A stretch of DNA of 32,000 nucleotides from Candidatus Methylomirabilis oxygeniifera (GCA_000091165.1 FP565575.1:2074376-2106375); one strand, 5' to 3'; counted from the first letter of the stretch, positions 8,462 to 17,243 are shown. Notes: generated from the letters alone by a model not told the origin. Program-made: numbers and translations.

Positions 8462-11062
8462 ATGGCCACCAAAGCCGATCATCTTCTCGCCGACATCGTC
8501 CTGCCGGTTCCACCACGAAGAGTCCTGACGTATACTATCCCGCCCTCCATGCAGCAACAGGCGGATGTCGGCAAGCGAGCACTCGTCCCGCTCGGCCCTC
8601 GCCTGGTGACCGGATATATTGTCGGCCTCGACACGTTCAGTGACCAGCGTTCAGCAACCAGCCGTCAGACTTCAGAGCTCAAGCCGATCGACGCAATCCT
8701 GGACATCGAGCCGCTTCTGGATCACCACATGCTGGATTTGACGCGCCTGGTCGCGGACTACTATATGACGTCGTGGGGGTCGGTGATTCGAACAGCCCTG
8801 CCGCCCGGGATCGATCGCAGTACGGTCCGTACTGTTCAGCTTGTCGAGCCGCAGGACATGGCTCCGCATGCTGTAAGCGGAGAACAGCTCGCCCAGGAGA
8901 TTGGATGGTTCGACCCCTCTCAGCAGCAGATACTGACTACACTGCACGCACAACGCCGGATGTCGCTGGCATCGCTCAAACGGCAATGGCCGAACGAACA
9001 GGTTGACCGGCTTATCCGGTTGCTTGTCAGGCACAACCTGGCAAGGATAGAATATCAGGAACGTCTACCCTCAGTTCGGCCCGTCTTCCGACCCTTGCTC
9101 AGCCTGGCGGTCGACCGGGCCGCAGCGGAGATCGAGTTGGCCGCGCTCCGACGCCGGGCACCGCGACAGGCCTCGCTACTTGATCGGCTGTTGCAATCCG
9201 GTGTAGCGCTCACGTCCGCAGAGGCTGCCATCATTGCCGGCGCCTCCGGGATCCGCAGTCTTATCGCGAAAGGCGTCATCCGCCGCACCACGGAGGAGAT
9301 CGAGCGATCGCCATGGGACGAGACGACTATTGTCACAAGCGCCTGGCCGGAACCCAACTCAGCCCAGCACACGGCAATTCACGGACTCCTGGAGGGACTC
9401 TCGTCAGGTGCATTTCTCCCGGCGCTGCTCTATGGCGCAACGGGGAGCGGAAAAACCGAGGTCTATCTCCGGGTCATCGGCGAGGTGGTACGACAGGGAG
9501 GGCAGGCGCTGATACTCGTTCCGGAAATCGCCCTAACTCCTGTCACTGCCGATCGATTCCGCTCCCGCTTCGGCAATCGGGTTGCGTTGTTGCACAGCGC
9601 TCTCTCACCCGGCGAGCGGCTGGATCAATGGCGTCGCATCAAGCGCGGACTGGCCGACATTGTCGTAGGCACGCGGTCGGCGGTCTTCGCTCCCCTCTCC
9701 CGCCTTCGCCTCATCGTAGTCGATGAAGAGCACGACGCATCCTACAAGCAGCAGGATGAGCCGCACTATCACGCAAGAGACGTAGCATTGACCAGAGGAG
9801 AGATGTTGGGAATTACCGTCCTCCTCGGCTCCGCCACCCCAAGCTATGAAAGCATTCATCGCGCAAAGGAAGGGGCTTATCGACTGTTTCGACTTCCTGA
9901 GCGGGTGGAGGACAGGGCGCTGCCTCGGATGACACTGATCGATATGCGCGAAGAACGCCTGGCCCGGCATGTTTCAGGCCGGAATGCGCGGCGCGAGGCG
10001 CAAAATCCCCCCACCCCCCCTTCACAAAAGGGGGGCGCGGGGGGATTTGGAGGACGACAGGCGGAGAAGGGGCCGCTTATTTTCTCCAGGCGGCTGGCGG
10101 ACGCGATCAAGGAGGTACTGACAAAAGGGGAGCAGGTCCTGCTGTTCATCAATCGCCGAGGCTACGCCAGGTTGTTACTCTGCCGCGAGTGTGGTTTTAC
10201 CTTGCGGTGTCCGCATTGCAGTGTCTCGCTTATCTACCATGCGGTGGATAGCAGGATGCGCTGCCACTACTGCGATTATCGAGAACGGCCGCCGGAACAT
10301 TGTCCTCAGTGCGGTGGGATTGCGTGTGGATGGCTCGGATACGGAACACAGCAGGTCGAAGCCGCTGCTCGACTCCTCGTCCCGAATGCATCCATCGTCA
10401 GGATGGATCGCGACACCACCAGGCAACGGCGCGCACACCAGCAGATTCTCGCGGGCGTCCAGCAGAGGCGCACGCAAATTCTTATCGGGACGCAGATGGT
10501 CGGGAAAGGACATGACTTTCCCGGCATCACGTTAGTCGGCATCCTCTCCGCGGACGCCTCCATGCAGATCCCGGATTTCAGAGCCGGAGAGCGGACCTAT
10601 GCGCTGCTCACACAGGTGGCCGGGCGGGCCGGCCGCGGGAACCGCCCCGGCCACGTCATTGTCCAGACCTATAATCCGGAGCACTATTGCATCCTCGCGG
10701 CCCGCAATCACGATTATGAAGCGCTGTACGCGCTCGAGCGGCCGCTCAGAGAGGAGCGCGGTCTTCCTCCCTTCGGCTTTCTTGTCCTGCTCCTGATCAC
10801 GTCTTCACATGAGGGGCAGGCACAAGAAAAGGCTGAGCAACTCGCCGGTCTGCTCCTGGAGCGGGCCGTTTCGCCCCTTACTGTCGAGGGGCCGGCGTCG
10901 GCGCCGGTGTATCGATTAAAAGGACGCTATCGCTGGCAGATCCTCGCCAAAGGTCCTGACCCGAGTGCGCTGCATAACTGGGTCAAAGAGACGATTGCCC
11001 TGCTTCCGCCGTCAGGACAGGCCGGCATCGACATTGATGTCGATCCGGTCGATCTGTGTTGA
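8462..11062 (+). CDS. priA: Primosomal protein N' (replication-restart helicase PriA)
   Basis: Walker A LLYGATGSGKTEVYL, DEEHD box, and the Cys-rich zinc-binding insert CRECGFTLRCPHCSVSLIYH...CHYCDY...CPQCG. 866 aa. It carries an unusual low-complexity insertion (see findings). Confidence 0.93.
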   Translation: MATKADHLLADIVLPVPPRRVLTYTIPPSMQQQADVGKRALVPLGPRLVTGYIVGLDTFSDQRSATSRQTSELKPIDAILDIEPLLDHHMLDLTRLVADYYMTSWGSVIRTALPPGIDRSTVRTVQLVEPQDMAPHAVSGEQLAQEIGWFDPSQQQILTTLHAQRRMSLASLKRQWPNEQVDRLIRLLVRHNLARIEYQERLPSVRPVFRPLLSLAVDRAAAEIELAALRRRAPRQASLLDRLLQSGVALTSAEAAIIAGASGIRSLIAKGVIRRTTEEIERSPWDETTIVTSAWPEPNSAQHTAIHGLLEGLSSGAFLPALLYGATGSGKTEVYLRVIGEVVRQGGQALILVPEIALTPVTADRFRSRFGNRVALLHSALSPGERLDQWRRIKRGLADIVVGTRSAVFAPLSRLRLIVVDEEHDASYKQQDEPHYHARDVALTRGEMLGITVLLGSATPSYESIHRAKEGAYRLFRLPERVEDRALPRMTLIDMREERLARHVSGRNARREAQNPPTPPSQKGGAGGFGGRQAEKGPLIFSRRLADAIKEVLTKGEQVLLFINRRGYARLLLCRECGFTLRCPHCSVSLIYHAVDSRMRCHYCDYRERPPEHCPQCGGIACGWLGYGTQQVEAAARLLVPNASIVRMDRDTTRQRRAHQQILAGVQQRRTQILIGTQMVGKGHDFPGITLVGILSADASMQIPDFRAGERTYALLTQVAGRAGRGNRPGHVIVQTYNPEHYCILAARNHDYEALYALERPLREERGLPPFGFLVLLLITSSHEGQAQEKAEQLAGLLLERAVSPLTVEGPASAPVYRLKGRYRWQILAKGPDPSALHNWVKETIALLPPSGQAGIDIDVDPVDLC
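10003..10048. repeat. Imperfect C-run/G-run palindrome embedded in-frame in priA
   Basis: AAATCCCCCC-A-CCCCCCC ttcacaaaa GGGGGG-CGC-GGGGGGATTT. The outer 10-nt arms are perfect reverse complements. It is translated as QNPPTPPSQKGGAGGFG. Confidence 0.85.
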
Positions 11063-11071
11063 GCAAGCAGC

Positions 11072-11124
11072 GATCAGCCGTCAGCTTTCAACGTCCTTTG
11101 CTGACGGCTGATCATTTGTCTTTT
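11072..11124 (+). terminator. Rho-independent terminator after priA
   Basis: Perfect 14-bp stem GATCAGCCGTCAGC (11072..11085) / GCTGACGGCTGATC (11100..11113), followed by ATTTGTCTTTT. Confidence 0.75.
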
Positions 11125-11132
11125 GACCGGTG

Positions 11133-11954
11133 ATGTATTACAGTAGCAACGTCATGGCTAAAATGGTGGGCTGGCGAGAGGCTGATTCGTGGCTTCACAA
11201 GGGAGAATCCCTGGATGGCCTTGGCTCTTCCGATCTGAAAGTCATCCAGAGCCTGACGGGTTTCCGCCATTCGATGGATGCGCTATTGCTGGCGCAGTGG
11301 GCCGCGCCGCGATCGACCGACCGGGTCCTTGATCTCGGCTGCGGAAACGGCGTGATCGCCTTCCTGCTGGCTCATCGACATCCGGAGCTTCGCATAGTCG
11401 GGCTTGAGGTTCAGCCCGCCTTGGCCGATCGGGCCAGGCGGGGAGTGCACCTCAACGGGTTACAGGGCCGCATCGAGATCGTGGAGGGCGACCTCCGTCA
11501 GGCCAAAGGGCTGCTACCGATCGCGGGTTTTGATATGGTTCTCTGTAACCCGCCATATCGAGAGTTGGCCAGCGGACGGCTCAGTCCGGATCCGGAGATC
11601 CGACAGGCCAAACATGAGTTGACCGCCACCCTAGAGGAGGCGATTGCGGCCGTCCGATACCTGCTCGCTCCAAAAGGGCGAGCGTGCCTGATCTACCATG
11701 CCTCACGGCTCGTCGATCTGCTGAGCAGTCTCAGGGCCGTGCGGCTGGAACCGAAGAGATTGCGGTTGGTCCACTCTTACCCCGGCGCCGAGGCGGAACT
11801 GAGCTTGGTGGAGGCGCGACGGCACGGGCGACCGGGACTGCAGATCCTTGCCCCTCTGTTCGTCTATCAGGCACGAGGCGGCCCTTTATCGCCTGACATG
11901 GAAGCGATCTATCGCGGTTTGACCTTGTCTGAAGTTCGGAGTACAGTCGCATGA
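11133..11954 (+). CDS. Class I SAM-dependent N6-adenine methyltransferase, tRNA1(Val) m6A37 (YfiC/TrmN6)-like
   Basis: SAM motif I VLDLGCGNGVIAF and the catalytic NPPY tetrapeptide (VLCNPPYRE). Start ambiguous (GTG 11130, ATG 11133, ATG 11154). The stop overlaps the next start (ATGA). Confidence 0.75.
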   Translation: MYYSSNVMAKMVGWREADSWLHKGESLDGLGSSDLKVIQSLTGFRHSMDALLLAQWAAPRSTDRVLDLGCGNGVIAFLLAHRHPELRIVGLEVQPALADRARRGVHLNGLQGRIEIVEGDLRQAKGLLPIAGFDMVLCNPPYRELASGRLSPDPEIRQAKHELTATLEEAIAAVRYLLAPKGRACLIYHASRLVDLLSSLRAVRLEPKRLRLVHSYPGAEAELSLVEARRHGRPGLQILAPLFVYQARGGPLSPDMEAIYRGLTLSEVRSTVA

Positions 11955-12808
11955 GTCGATACACCATCGCGCTTGCTCAGATGAACCCGGCCCTCGGCGA
12001 TCTGGAACGCAATCTTGCTCTGCATGAAAAGACGGCCGAGGAGGCGATCGGCCGCGGAGCCGGTCTGCTGATCTGTCCTGAATTGAGTCTGACCGGATAC
12101 TTTCTCAAAGACATCGTCTCATCCGTAGCCCTTCCCTTGGCCAGTCCCATTCTCGACAGACTCAGAGACTTGAGCCGTCGTATCGATCTTGTGGTCGGGC
12201 TGGTTGAAGAGTCGCCCGAACATCTGCTCTACAATGCCGCCCTCTATCTCTCCAGGGGCGAGATCCGACACGTCCACCGGAAGGTCTACCTGCCCACGTA
12301 CGGGATCTTCGATGAGCAACGATATCTCGCGGAGGGCAGTCGGATCAGAACATTTCAAGCGGACATCGGTCGATCTGCGATCTTGATCTGCGAGGATATG
12401 TGGCATCCATCGGTCGCGTGTATTGCCTCTCTCGATGGGATGGACATCCTCATCTCGCCCTCCGCCAGTCCGGGTCGCGGGGGTCTTGAGGAAGGTCGCA
12501 CGTTCGCGAATGCCAGAGCCTGGGAAACGATCAATCGGGCCTATGCCCAGCTCTTTACCTGCTATGTCCTGTACGCGAATCGTGTCGGTTACGAGGATGG
12601 CGCCTGCTTCTGGGGCGGCTCAGAGGTGATCGCCCCATCCGGCGAACCGGTGGCCAAGGCAGAGTACCTCAGCGAGCAGATCCTGATAGCCGAAATCGAC
12701 TCGGCAGAGGTTCGGCGGGCCAGAATAGTGAATCCGCTGCTTCGAGACGAGCGAATGGATGTCACGCTTCGAGAACTGGAGCGGGTAAAGCGAGAGGTGG
12801 CCAGGTGA
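11951..12808 (+). CDS. Carbon-nitrogen hydrolase (nitrilase superfamily), probable glutaminase partner of NadE
   Basis: Glu/Lys/Cys triad contexts [29 protein letters not shown]. It has 4-nt overlaps with both neighbours (ATGA at 11951, GTGA at 12805), implying translational coupling to nadE. Confidence 0.85.
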   Translation: MSRYTIALAQMNPALGDLERNLALHEKTAEEAIGRGAGLLICPELSLTGYFLKDIVSSVALPLASPILDRLRDLSRRIDLVVGLVEESPEHLLYNAALYLSRGEIRHVHRKVYLPTYGIFDEQRYLAEGSRIRTFQADIGRSAILICEDMWHPSVACIASLDGMDILISPSASPGRGGLEEGRTFANARAWETINRAYAQLFTCYVLYANRVGYEDGACFWGGSEVIAPSGEPVAKAEYLSEQILIAEIDSAEVRRARIVNPLLRDERMDVTLRELERVKREVAR

Positions 12809-13626
12809 TCGCTCCCTCCCTGCATTGCGAATTCGTCCAAAAGATTCTGACCGGGTTTATTGGCAATGAGGTCCAAAAGGCCGGTTTCAGCCGTGTCGTG
12901 ATCGGGCTTTCCGGCGGGGTCGATTCGGCGCTATCCGCATATCTCGGGGCGAAGGCCCTTGGGGCCGAGAATGTCTGGGCCCTCCTGATGCCGTACAAAA
13001 CCAGCAGTCCGGAGAGTCGAGAGCACGCTGAGCTGGTCGTGAAGCAACTCCGCATCCAATCGGACGTCATCGACATCACACCGATGGTAGACGCCTACTT
13101 CGAACGTTTCCCAGAGTCGGATCACGTTCGCCGGGGCAATAAGATGGCCCGCGAGCGGATGACGATCCTTTTCGACCATTCCGCTAAGCTGAAGGCGCTG
13201 GTTCTCGGCACCAGCAACAAAACGGAACTACTGCTGGGGTACGGCACACTGTATGGCGATATGGCCAGCGCTATTAATCCCCTTGGCGATCTGTACAAGA
13301 CCCAGGTTCGGCAACTGGCTTGCTACATGGGTATCCCGGAGGCTATCGTCCAAAAGGCGCCCAGCGGGGATCTCTGGGTCGGACAGACCGACGAGGCGGA
13401 GCTTGGCTTTAGTTACGAGGAGGTCGATCGGGTTCTCAATCTGATGGTAGACCGTCGTTACGAAATCCCTGAGATTATTGCTGCCGGCTTCGACGAGCGG
13501 TTCGTCCGGGCGGTTCTCGCCAAGGTCCAGGCCTCCCAGTACAAGCGCCGCCCACCCCTTATCGCCAAGATCTCTGCCCGCACGATTGACCGCGACTTCC
13601 GCTATCCCCGCGACTGGGGTAAGTAG
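12805..13626 (+). CDS. nadE: NAD+ synthetase (synthetase domain only)
   Basis: PP-loop [17 protein letters not shown]. 273 aa is the size of single-domain NadE. The GTG start overlaps the upstream stop. Confidence 0.9.
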   Translation: MIAPSLHCEFVQKILTGFIGNEVQKAGFSRVVIGLSGGVDSALSAYLGAKALGAENVWALLMPYKTSSPESREHAELVVKQLRIQSDVIDITPMVDAYFERFPESDHVRRGNKMARERMTILFDHSAKLKALVLGTSNKTELLLGYGTLYGDMASAINPLGDLYKTQVRQLACYMGIPEAIVQKAPSGDLWVGQTDEAELGFSYEEVDRVLNLMVDRRYEIPEIIAAGFDERFVRAVLAKVQASQYKRRPPLIAKISARTIDRDFRYPRDWGK

Positions 13627-13825
13627 CGGCGCTATCGGATCCACAGCGGATTCATTCCCCGAAGCTTGCTGCAAGTTCGTTATACCGGCGAAAGCCGGTA
13701 TCTAGAGAACCCGGAGGATTCCCCCGTATCCAGTGCGGAGCAGGCGTATTGAGCACGGAATGACTGGCCAGATCCCCTCCTCGACAACGCAGGCCTCACG
13801 AACCGGTCGGCGGCGAACCCTTTCC

Positions 13826-14383
13826 CTACTTGAAAGCATAGTTTATGTAGACGTGGTACGCTATGAGCAGCAACAACGCCATAGATAATCCGACATGGGC
13901 GCTGATCCACACCGGTCTGTACCAGGGCTTGTGGATTTTGACGATCTGAAAATTGAACAAGCCGGTGAGGAATGCCAGCAACAACGTCAGGCTGAGGATT
14001 TCGAGATAGCCGTATCCCAAGGTTTGGGAATGGCCAAAGAAAAACAACAGAAGCAGAGCGCCAAAAAGTTTGTGGCGACCCATCATGGTTGCGGCATTGC
14101 GCTGCTCCCCCTGAGCGCGCTTCACGGAAAAACGCCACTGATAAAGAACAAACGCAAACAATCCGAAACCTGTGGCGAGCTTATACGTGTTGTCGTCTTG
14201 CAGTCCGGTCAACAAGGTCCACTGCCACCCGGTCGATTGCTGGACAATCAAAGCCACCAGCAGGAACAGGCCCAGCCAAAAATACCCCTTGGTGGGTACA
14301 CCGGACCTCAGGCTGTCCGTCAGTGACGATTTAAGTCGGTTGAAGCCTTGTATAACGACCAGGCTTTTAACGGGCAACGACAA
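13826..14383 (-). CDS. His-rich 4-TM integral membrane protein (possible b-type haem/redox membrane subunit)
   Basis: C-terminal ~185 codons of track ORF 13826..14683. Four hydrophobic helices carry conserved-looking His residues (GRHKLFG, FFFGHSQ, ISAHVG, IAYHVY). The first ~100 codons of the track ORF overlap the upstream gene, so I place the start at an in-frame TTG (14383 or 14377) overlapping that gene's stop. The function is inferred only. Confidence 0.5.
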   Translation of the reverse strand: MSLPVKSLVVIQGFNRLKSSLTDSLRSGVPTKGYFWLGLFLLVALIVQQSTGWQWTLLTGLQDDNTYKLATGFGLFAFVLYQWRFSVKRAQGEQRNAATMMGRHKLFGALLLLFFFGHSQTLGYGYLEILSLTLLLAFLTGLFNFQIVKIHKPWYRPVWISAHVGLSMALLLLIAYHVYINYAFK

Positions 14384-15245
14384 GAGCGCCCCCTTCTTTG
14401 TTCGCTGCTGATCCGGGTTTTGGCTTGCTTGCCAGTGAGCTGAGCACCGCCAAAGTGTGCGGGGCTGTGCGCCTGGCGATTTCTCCCATGAACACCTCAG
14501 AGCTCGGCAGGAAATAACCCTCAGCCGGCCAGCGTTCGCCAATGGCGGGGGGATTGGCAAATTTCCGCGCCTTTTCAAGATAAGACTCGTAGGCTTCCTT
14601 GAAGCCTTGGCGTAAGGCGTCGAGCGTGCGGAGCAACTCGTCCATGGACACGCTGCCGCTTGGATACATCCACGTGGTCGCACCCATCACATCATTAAGC
14701 TTCCAGTCGTGCTTGGGTGATTGTTCGTGCTTGTTATGGCATTGAATGCAGCCCTCGACGACCGCCACATCACTGAACATGGCGACCTGCATTTGAATGT
14801 CGGGCATGAAAAAGAATTGCGGCTTAAGGGTTTGCTTGACCACCTGGAATTTTTCCAACTGCAGCCCCTCGAAGCGGTTCGCTGAGTTGACGGGATAGTC
14901 CGACCCCAGAAACAGGCTGAGCGGCGTCGGGTTCTTTTCCAGGCTTTTCGCCGTCTCACGTAGAAACAATGCGGGCAAAGGACCGGCCTCTACGTCCGCC
15001 TCACGCCAACGCTCGTCGAACTTCAAACCGGTCTGCTTGCCCGCGCCGACCACTTCCTTGGTCCACATTGCTCTCACCACGTCGTTTTCCGCCTTGAGAA
15101 TCTCAAACATCCGTTCCACCGGGATGGCCGCGTCGGCGGCCTTCTGCTCTTCCAATGGCGGCGGGGCACTGACAAACAGATAGATGCTCAAGGCACCCAG
15201 CGCCAGACAGGCGATCCAGAAGTTTTGTTTAGCCATCGTGACCAT
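14367..15245 (-). CDS. Membrane-anchored/periplasmic c-type haem protein with DUF3365 (Tll0287-like, PAS-like fold) domain
   Basis: Single CxxCH (VVEGCIQCHNKH) near the C-terminal third, preceded by S-D-Y-P-V-N-S-A-N-R-F and followed by D-W-K-L-N-D-V-M-G-A. This is the pattern I associate with DUF3365. N-terminal anchor AKQNFWIACLALGALSIYLFVSA. Start at ATG 15245 or 15236, overlapping the upstream stop by 8-17 nt. Confidence 0.65.
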   Translation of the reverse strand: MVTMAKQNFWIACLALGALSIYLFVSAPPPLEEQKAADAAIPVERMFEILKAENDVVRAMWTKEVVGAGKQTGLKFDERWREADVEAGPLPALFLRETAKSLEKNPTPLSLFLGSDYPVNSANRFEGLQLEKFQVVKQTLKPQFFFMPDIQMQVAMFSDVAVVEGCIQCHNKHEQSPKHDWKLNDVMGATTWMYPSGSVSMDELLRTLDALRQGFKEAYESYLEKARKFANPPAIGERWPAEGYFLPSSEVFMGEIARRTAPHTLAVLSSLASKPKPGSAANKEGGALVVAR

Positions 15246-15933
15246 CCTGTTTTGCTTTGTAGTGAAGGGTTGTCCCATAAGGGGAGGGGCCACCGTCAAA
15301 ATAGGCGCGGATTTTCTCTTTCGGCATTCGCTTGTCGACCGATTTCTCAGTCTTCATGACGTGGTTGCCGTGGAAGTCGTGGCAGCCCAGGCAGGAGTCC
15401 CATTGCTTGTCGGCGATCAGGTCCGCATGGGACACGTCGATGGGATCTTTCTTTAAGCGGGTGTCCTTGTGGCAGTTCACGCAATAGTCGGTCTCCGCCA
15501 ACGTGACACGCCTCCCCTGGTGCTCGGCGTGGCAAGAGACACACTGATGGGGACGCAGCTTTTCCCGAGCCTGGCTGAAACGGGGCTCGAGGAAGCGATA
15601 GACCGGGTGGCGGTCATTGGGTCGCTCGTGACAGGCCATGCAGTCCGCATTACCTACGGGAAGCCGTCCGAAGTAGGCGGGCACTTTACGCCAACCAACG
15701 GCATGGCGCAGATTGGCCTGAATCTGCTGGCGGAGGCTGCCTGGTGCGTTTTTATGGCAGGCCGCGCAGGCAAGCTTGCCGTGTCCTGTATTCATGGGTC
15801 CTTTCGCATGAAACCACTCCCCGACGGGAAGCACGGTAAACGCCAGGATCGCAAATCCCAAACAGAAGCCGATCGCATAGGCGCGGTTTTGCCATTTCCG
15901 TGCCCCTCCAAGTTTCGCTCTCATGGCCGCCAC
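15229..15933 (-). CDS. Membrane-anchored pentahaem cytochrome c (NapC/NirT/NrfH-like architecture)
   Basis: Five CxxCH motifs in 234 aa: CAACH, CMACH, CVSCH, CVNCH, CLGCH. N-terminal TM helix AYAIGFCLGFAILAFTVLPV. Confidence 0.85.
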   Translation of the reverse strand: MAAMRAKLGGARKWQNRAYAIGFCLGFAILAFTVLPVGEWFHAKGPMNTGHGKLACAACHKNAPGSLRQQIQANLRHAVGWRKVPAYFGRLPVGNADCMACHERPNDRHPVYRFLEPRFSQAREKLRPHQCVSCHAEHQGRRVTLAETDYCVNCHKDTRLKKDPIDVSHADLIADKQWDSCLGCHDFHGNHVMKTEKSVDKRMPKEKIRAYFDGGPSPYGTTLHYKAKQDGHDG

Positions 15934-16044
15934 GTCAAGCTACGCGCCAGAAACTCACGCTGATGCATTAGGCCTTATCATGTCTGTCTACTGTGTAGCT
16001 TACCGGTAGCGAAGATGAAACGTCTATTCACCCTCCGAATGAAG

Positions 16045-16090
16045 AGGGTGGGGGTGATCCGAAGGCAACCACTTGGCTCACCCCCACCCT
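16045..16090. repeat. GGGTGGGGG/CCCCCACCC palindromic hairpin element
   Basis: AGGGTGGGGGTGA (16045..16057) and TCACCCCCACCCT (16078..16090) are perfect 13-nt reverse complements with a 20-nt loop. The element lies between the 95-aa ORF and the pentahaem gene. Confidence 0.85.
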
Positions 16091-16122
16091 ATGCTTCCGG
16101 CCCTCAAGAGAACTTCTGAGAG

Positions 16123-16410
16123 CTACTCGATGACCTCCATAATCCGACTCTGCACATTTGTGGCTAACTCCATGAGCTCGCTACGAAGCGCCTTGCGCTC
16201 ATCGAGGGCCAAAATCTTATCGAAGTTGCTGAAGTCGCCGACCTCAATCGTAATGACCCGCTCCAACTTATTCGCCAAGTGGTCCCCATAGATGTGGAAC
16301 CTCGAGACCCCTTGGTTGGCGAGCCAGAATTTTTTCATTTTACCGACTAAGAAGGCATCCAATGCGTCTTCTTTTCCTGGTGCGACTTCACACATGATGT
16401 GGTAGATCAT
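16123..16410 (-). CDS. Small (95 aa) cytoplasmic alpha/beta protein, ferredoxin-like-fold candidate, function unknown
   Basis: ORF with a GGAGGAGC-type RBS region (AAAGGAGGAGCAACG before the ATG at 16410). No signal peptide. The alternating beta/alpha pattern MIYHIMCEV...RFHIYGD...ITIEVGDF is a fold guess only. Confidence 0.5.
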   Translation of the reverse strand: MIYHIMCEVAPGKEDALDAFLVGKMKKFWLANQGVSRFHIYGDHLANKLERVITIEVGDFSNFDKILALDERKALRSELMELATNVQSRIMEVIE

Positions 16411-16644
16411 CGTTGCTCCTCCTTTGACATCGGGTGTACGTTATGGTTGCCTTTCCTCGCCCCTGCACACGTCATCGATCACCCCCTCTCGGGATCAGTG
16501 CGTCGAACTGCCGCATACTCATCGATCGCTTCGAGTGCTCTTGGGGGGCGCGCCGACTGTCGTCATTGAGTGCGATCCTGACGCACGCCTGCTACTGTAG
16601 CACTTAGCCATCATTCAGCGCACCGCTGCCATTGGGCTTAACGA

Positions 16645-17025
16645 CTATCGTCCTCCGGTAAAGCCTCTGACATAGACAACCAGATCCTTGATCTCGGACT
16701 CGGAAAACTTTAGCCCATATGCCGGCATCCCCCCCTTACTACCCTGCTTAATACTCCTGAAGAGGGCGTCATCGGACCGTGTTTGCATAAAGGCTGAGTT
16801 GGTTAAGTCTGGCACCCTAAACATAAAAAAAAGTGCTAATGCCTGAAACCCATTCCCCTTGCCGCTGGTGCCGTGGCATCTGGAGCATTTTGACTCGAAG
16901 TTCGACTGCCCGCTTACCGCACTTTTCGTCTCCGCGCCGGACGCGGAAGAGGCCCCCACAACGAACAACATCACCATCACGCCTAACCACTGGCAACGGA
17001 GCCGGGACAGAAAAAAAACGCGCAT
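16645..17025 (-). CDS. Monohaem class I c-type cytochrome, periplasmic
   Basis: CSRCHG haem motif plus a distal Met context GSKGGMPAYG. I prefer the ATG at 17025, 8 nt after GAGGAGGG, which gives the signal peptide MRVFFLSRLRCQWLGVMVMLFVVGASSASGAE. Confidence 0.8.
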   Translation of the reverse strand: MRVFFLSRLRCQWLGVMVMLFVVGASSASGAETKSAVSGQSNFESKCSRCHGTSGKGNGFQALALFFMFRVPDLTNSAFMQTRSDDALFRSIKQGSKGGMPAYGLKFSESEIKDLVVYVRGFTGGR

Positions 17026-17202
17026 CGTAATTGCCCTCCTCTCATCTAAAGGTGTAACCTGTGCGTGCATCGTTTTGTCACTCGTGTATACGTGGTTAGT
17101 GCGCTAACTCCATGATACCAAAGGGTCACGACCGGAACAATGCTTTTAAGCTGTAACGTTCGGGGTCGGATCTCACGTGTGAGGCGTCCGCGTTGACAAA
17201 GC

Positions 17203-17243
17203 GATACCTCCCAGCCAGCGCTACCACTGTACTGGGAGGTATC
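17203..17243 (-). terminator. Hairpin downstream of nod copy A (possible terminator/attenuator)
   Basis: Perfect 12-bp inverted repeat GATACCTCCCAG (17203..17214) / CTGGGAGGTATC (17232..17243), 37 nt after the stop. Only a weak U-tract (GCUUUGUC) follows on the - strand. Confidence 0.45.

Noticed and set aside
13682-13701. Small GAAA-tetraloop hairpin (ATACCGGC-GAAA-GCCGGTAT) between the convergent nadE and 4-TM genes as a bidirectional terminator.
   Set aside because: The stem is only 8 bp with no flanking U/A tracts. It is possible but too weak to list as a feature.
14384-14683. N-terminal ~100 codons of track ORF 13826..14683 (MRPRGCIQAAACPW...).
   Set aside because: This part overlaps, out of frame, the 3' end of the DUF3365 gene and is Arg/Cys/Pro-rich. 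The hydrophobic 4-TM protein begins only after the upstream stop, so an internal TTG start is more plausible.
16822-17018. Two 8-nt homopolymer runs (A8 at 16822..16829 and 17011..17018 on the + strand) inside the small cytochrome c gene as possible phase-variation tracts.
   Set aside because: The runs encode Phe-Phe in hydrophobic segments and are short. Without population data there is no evidence of length variation.
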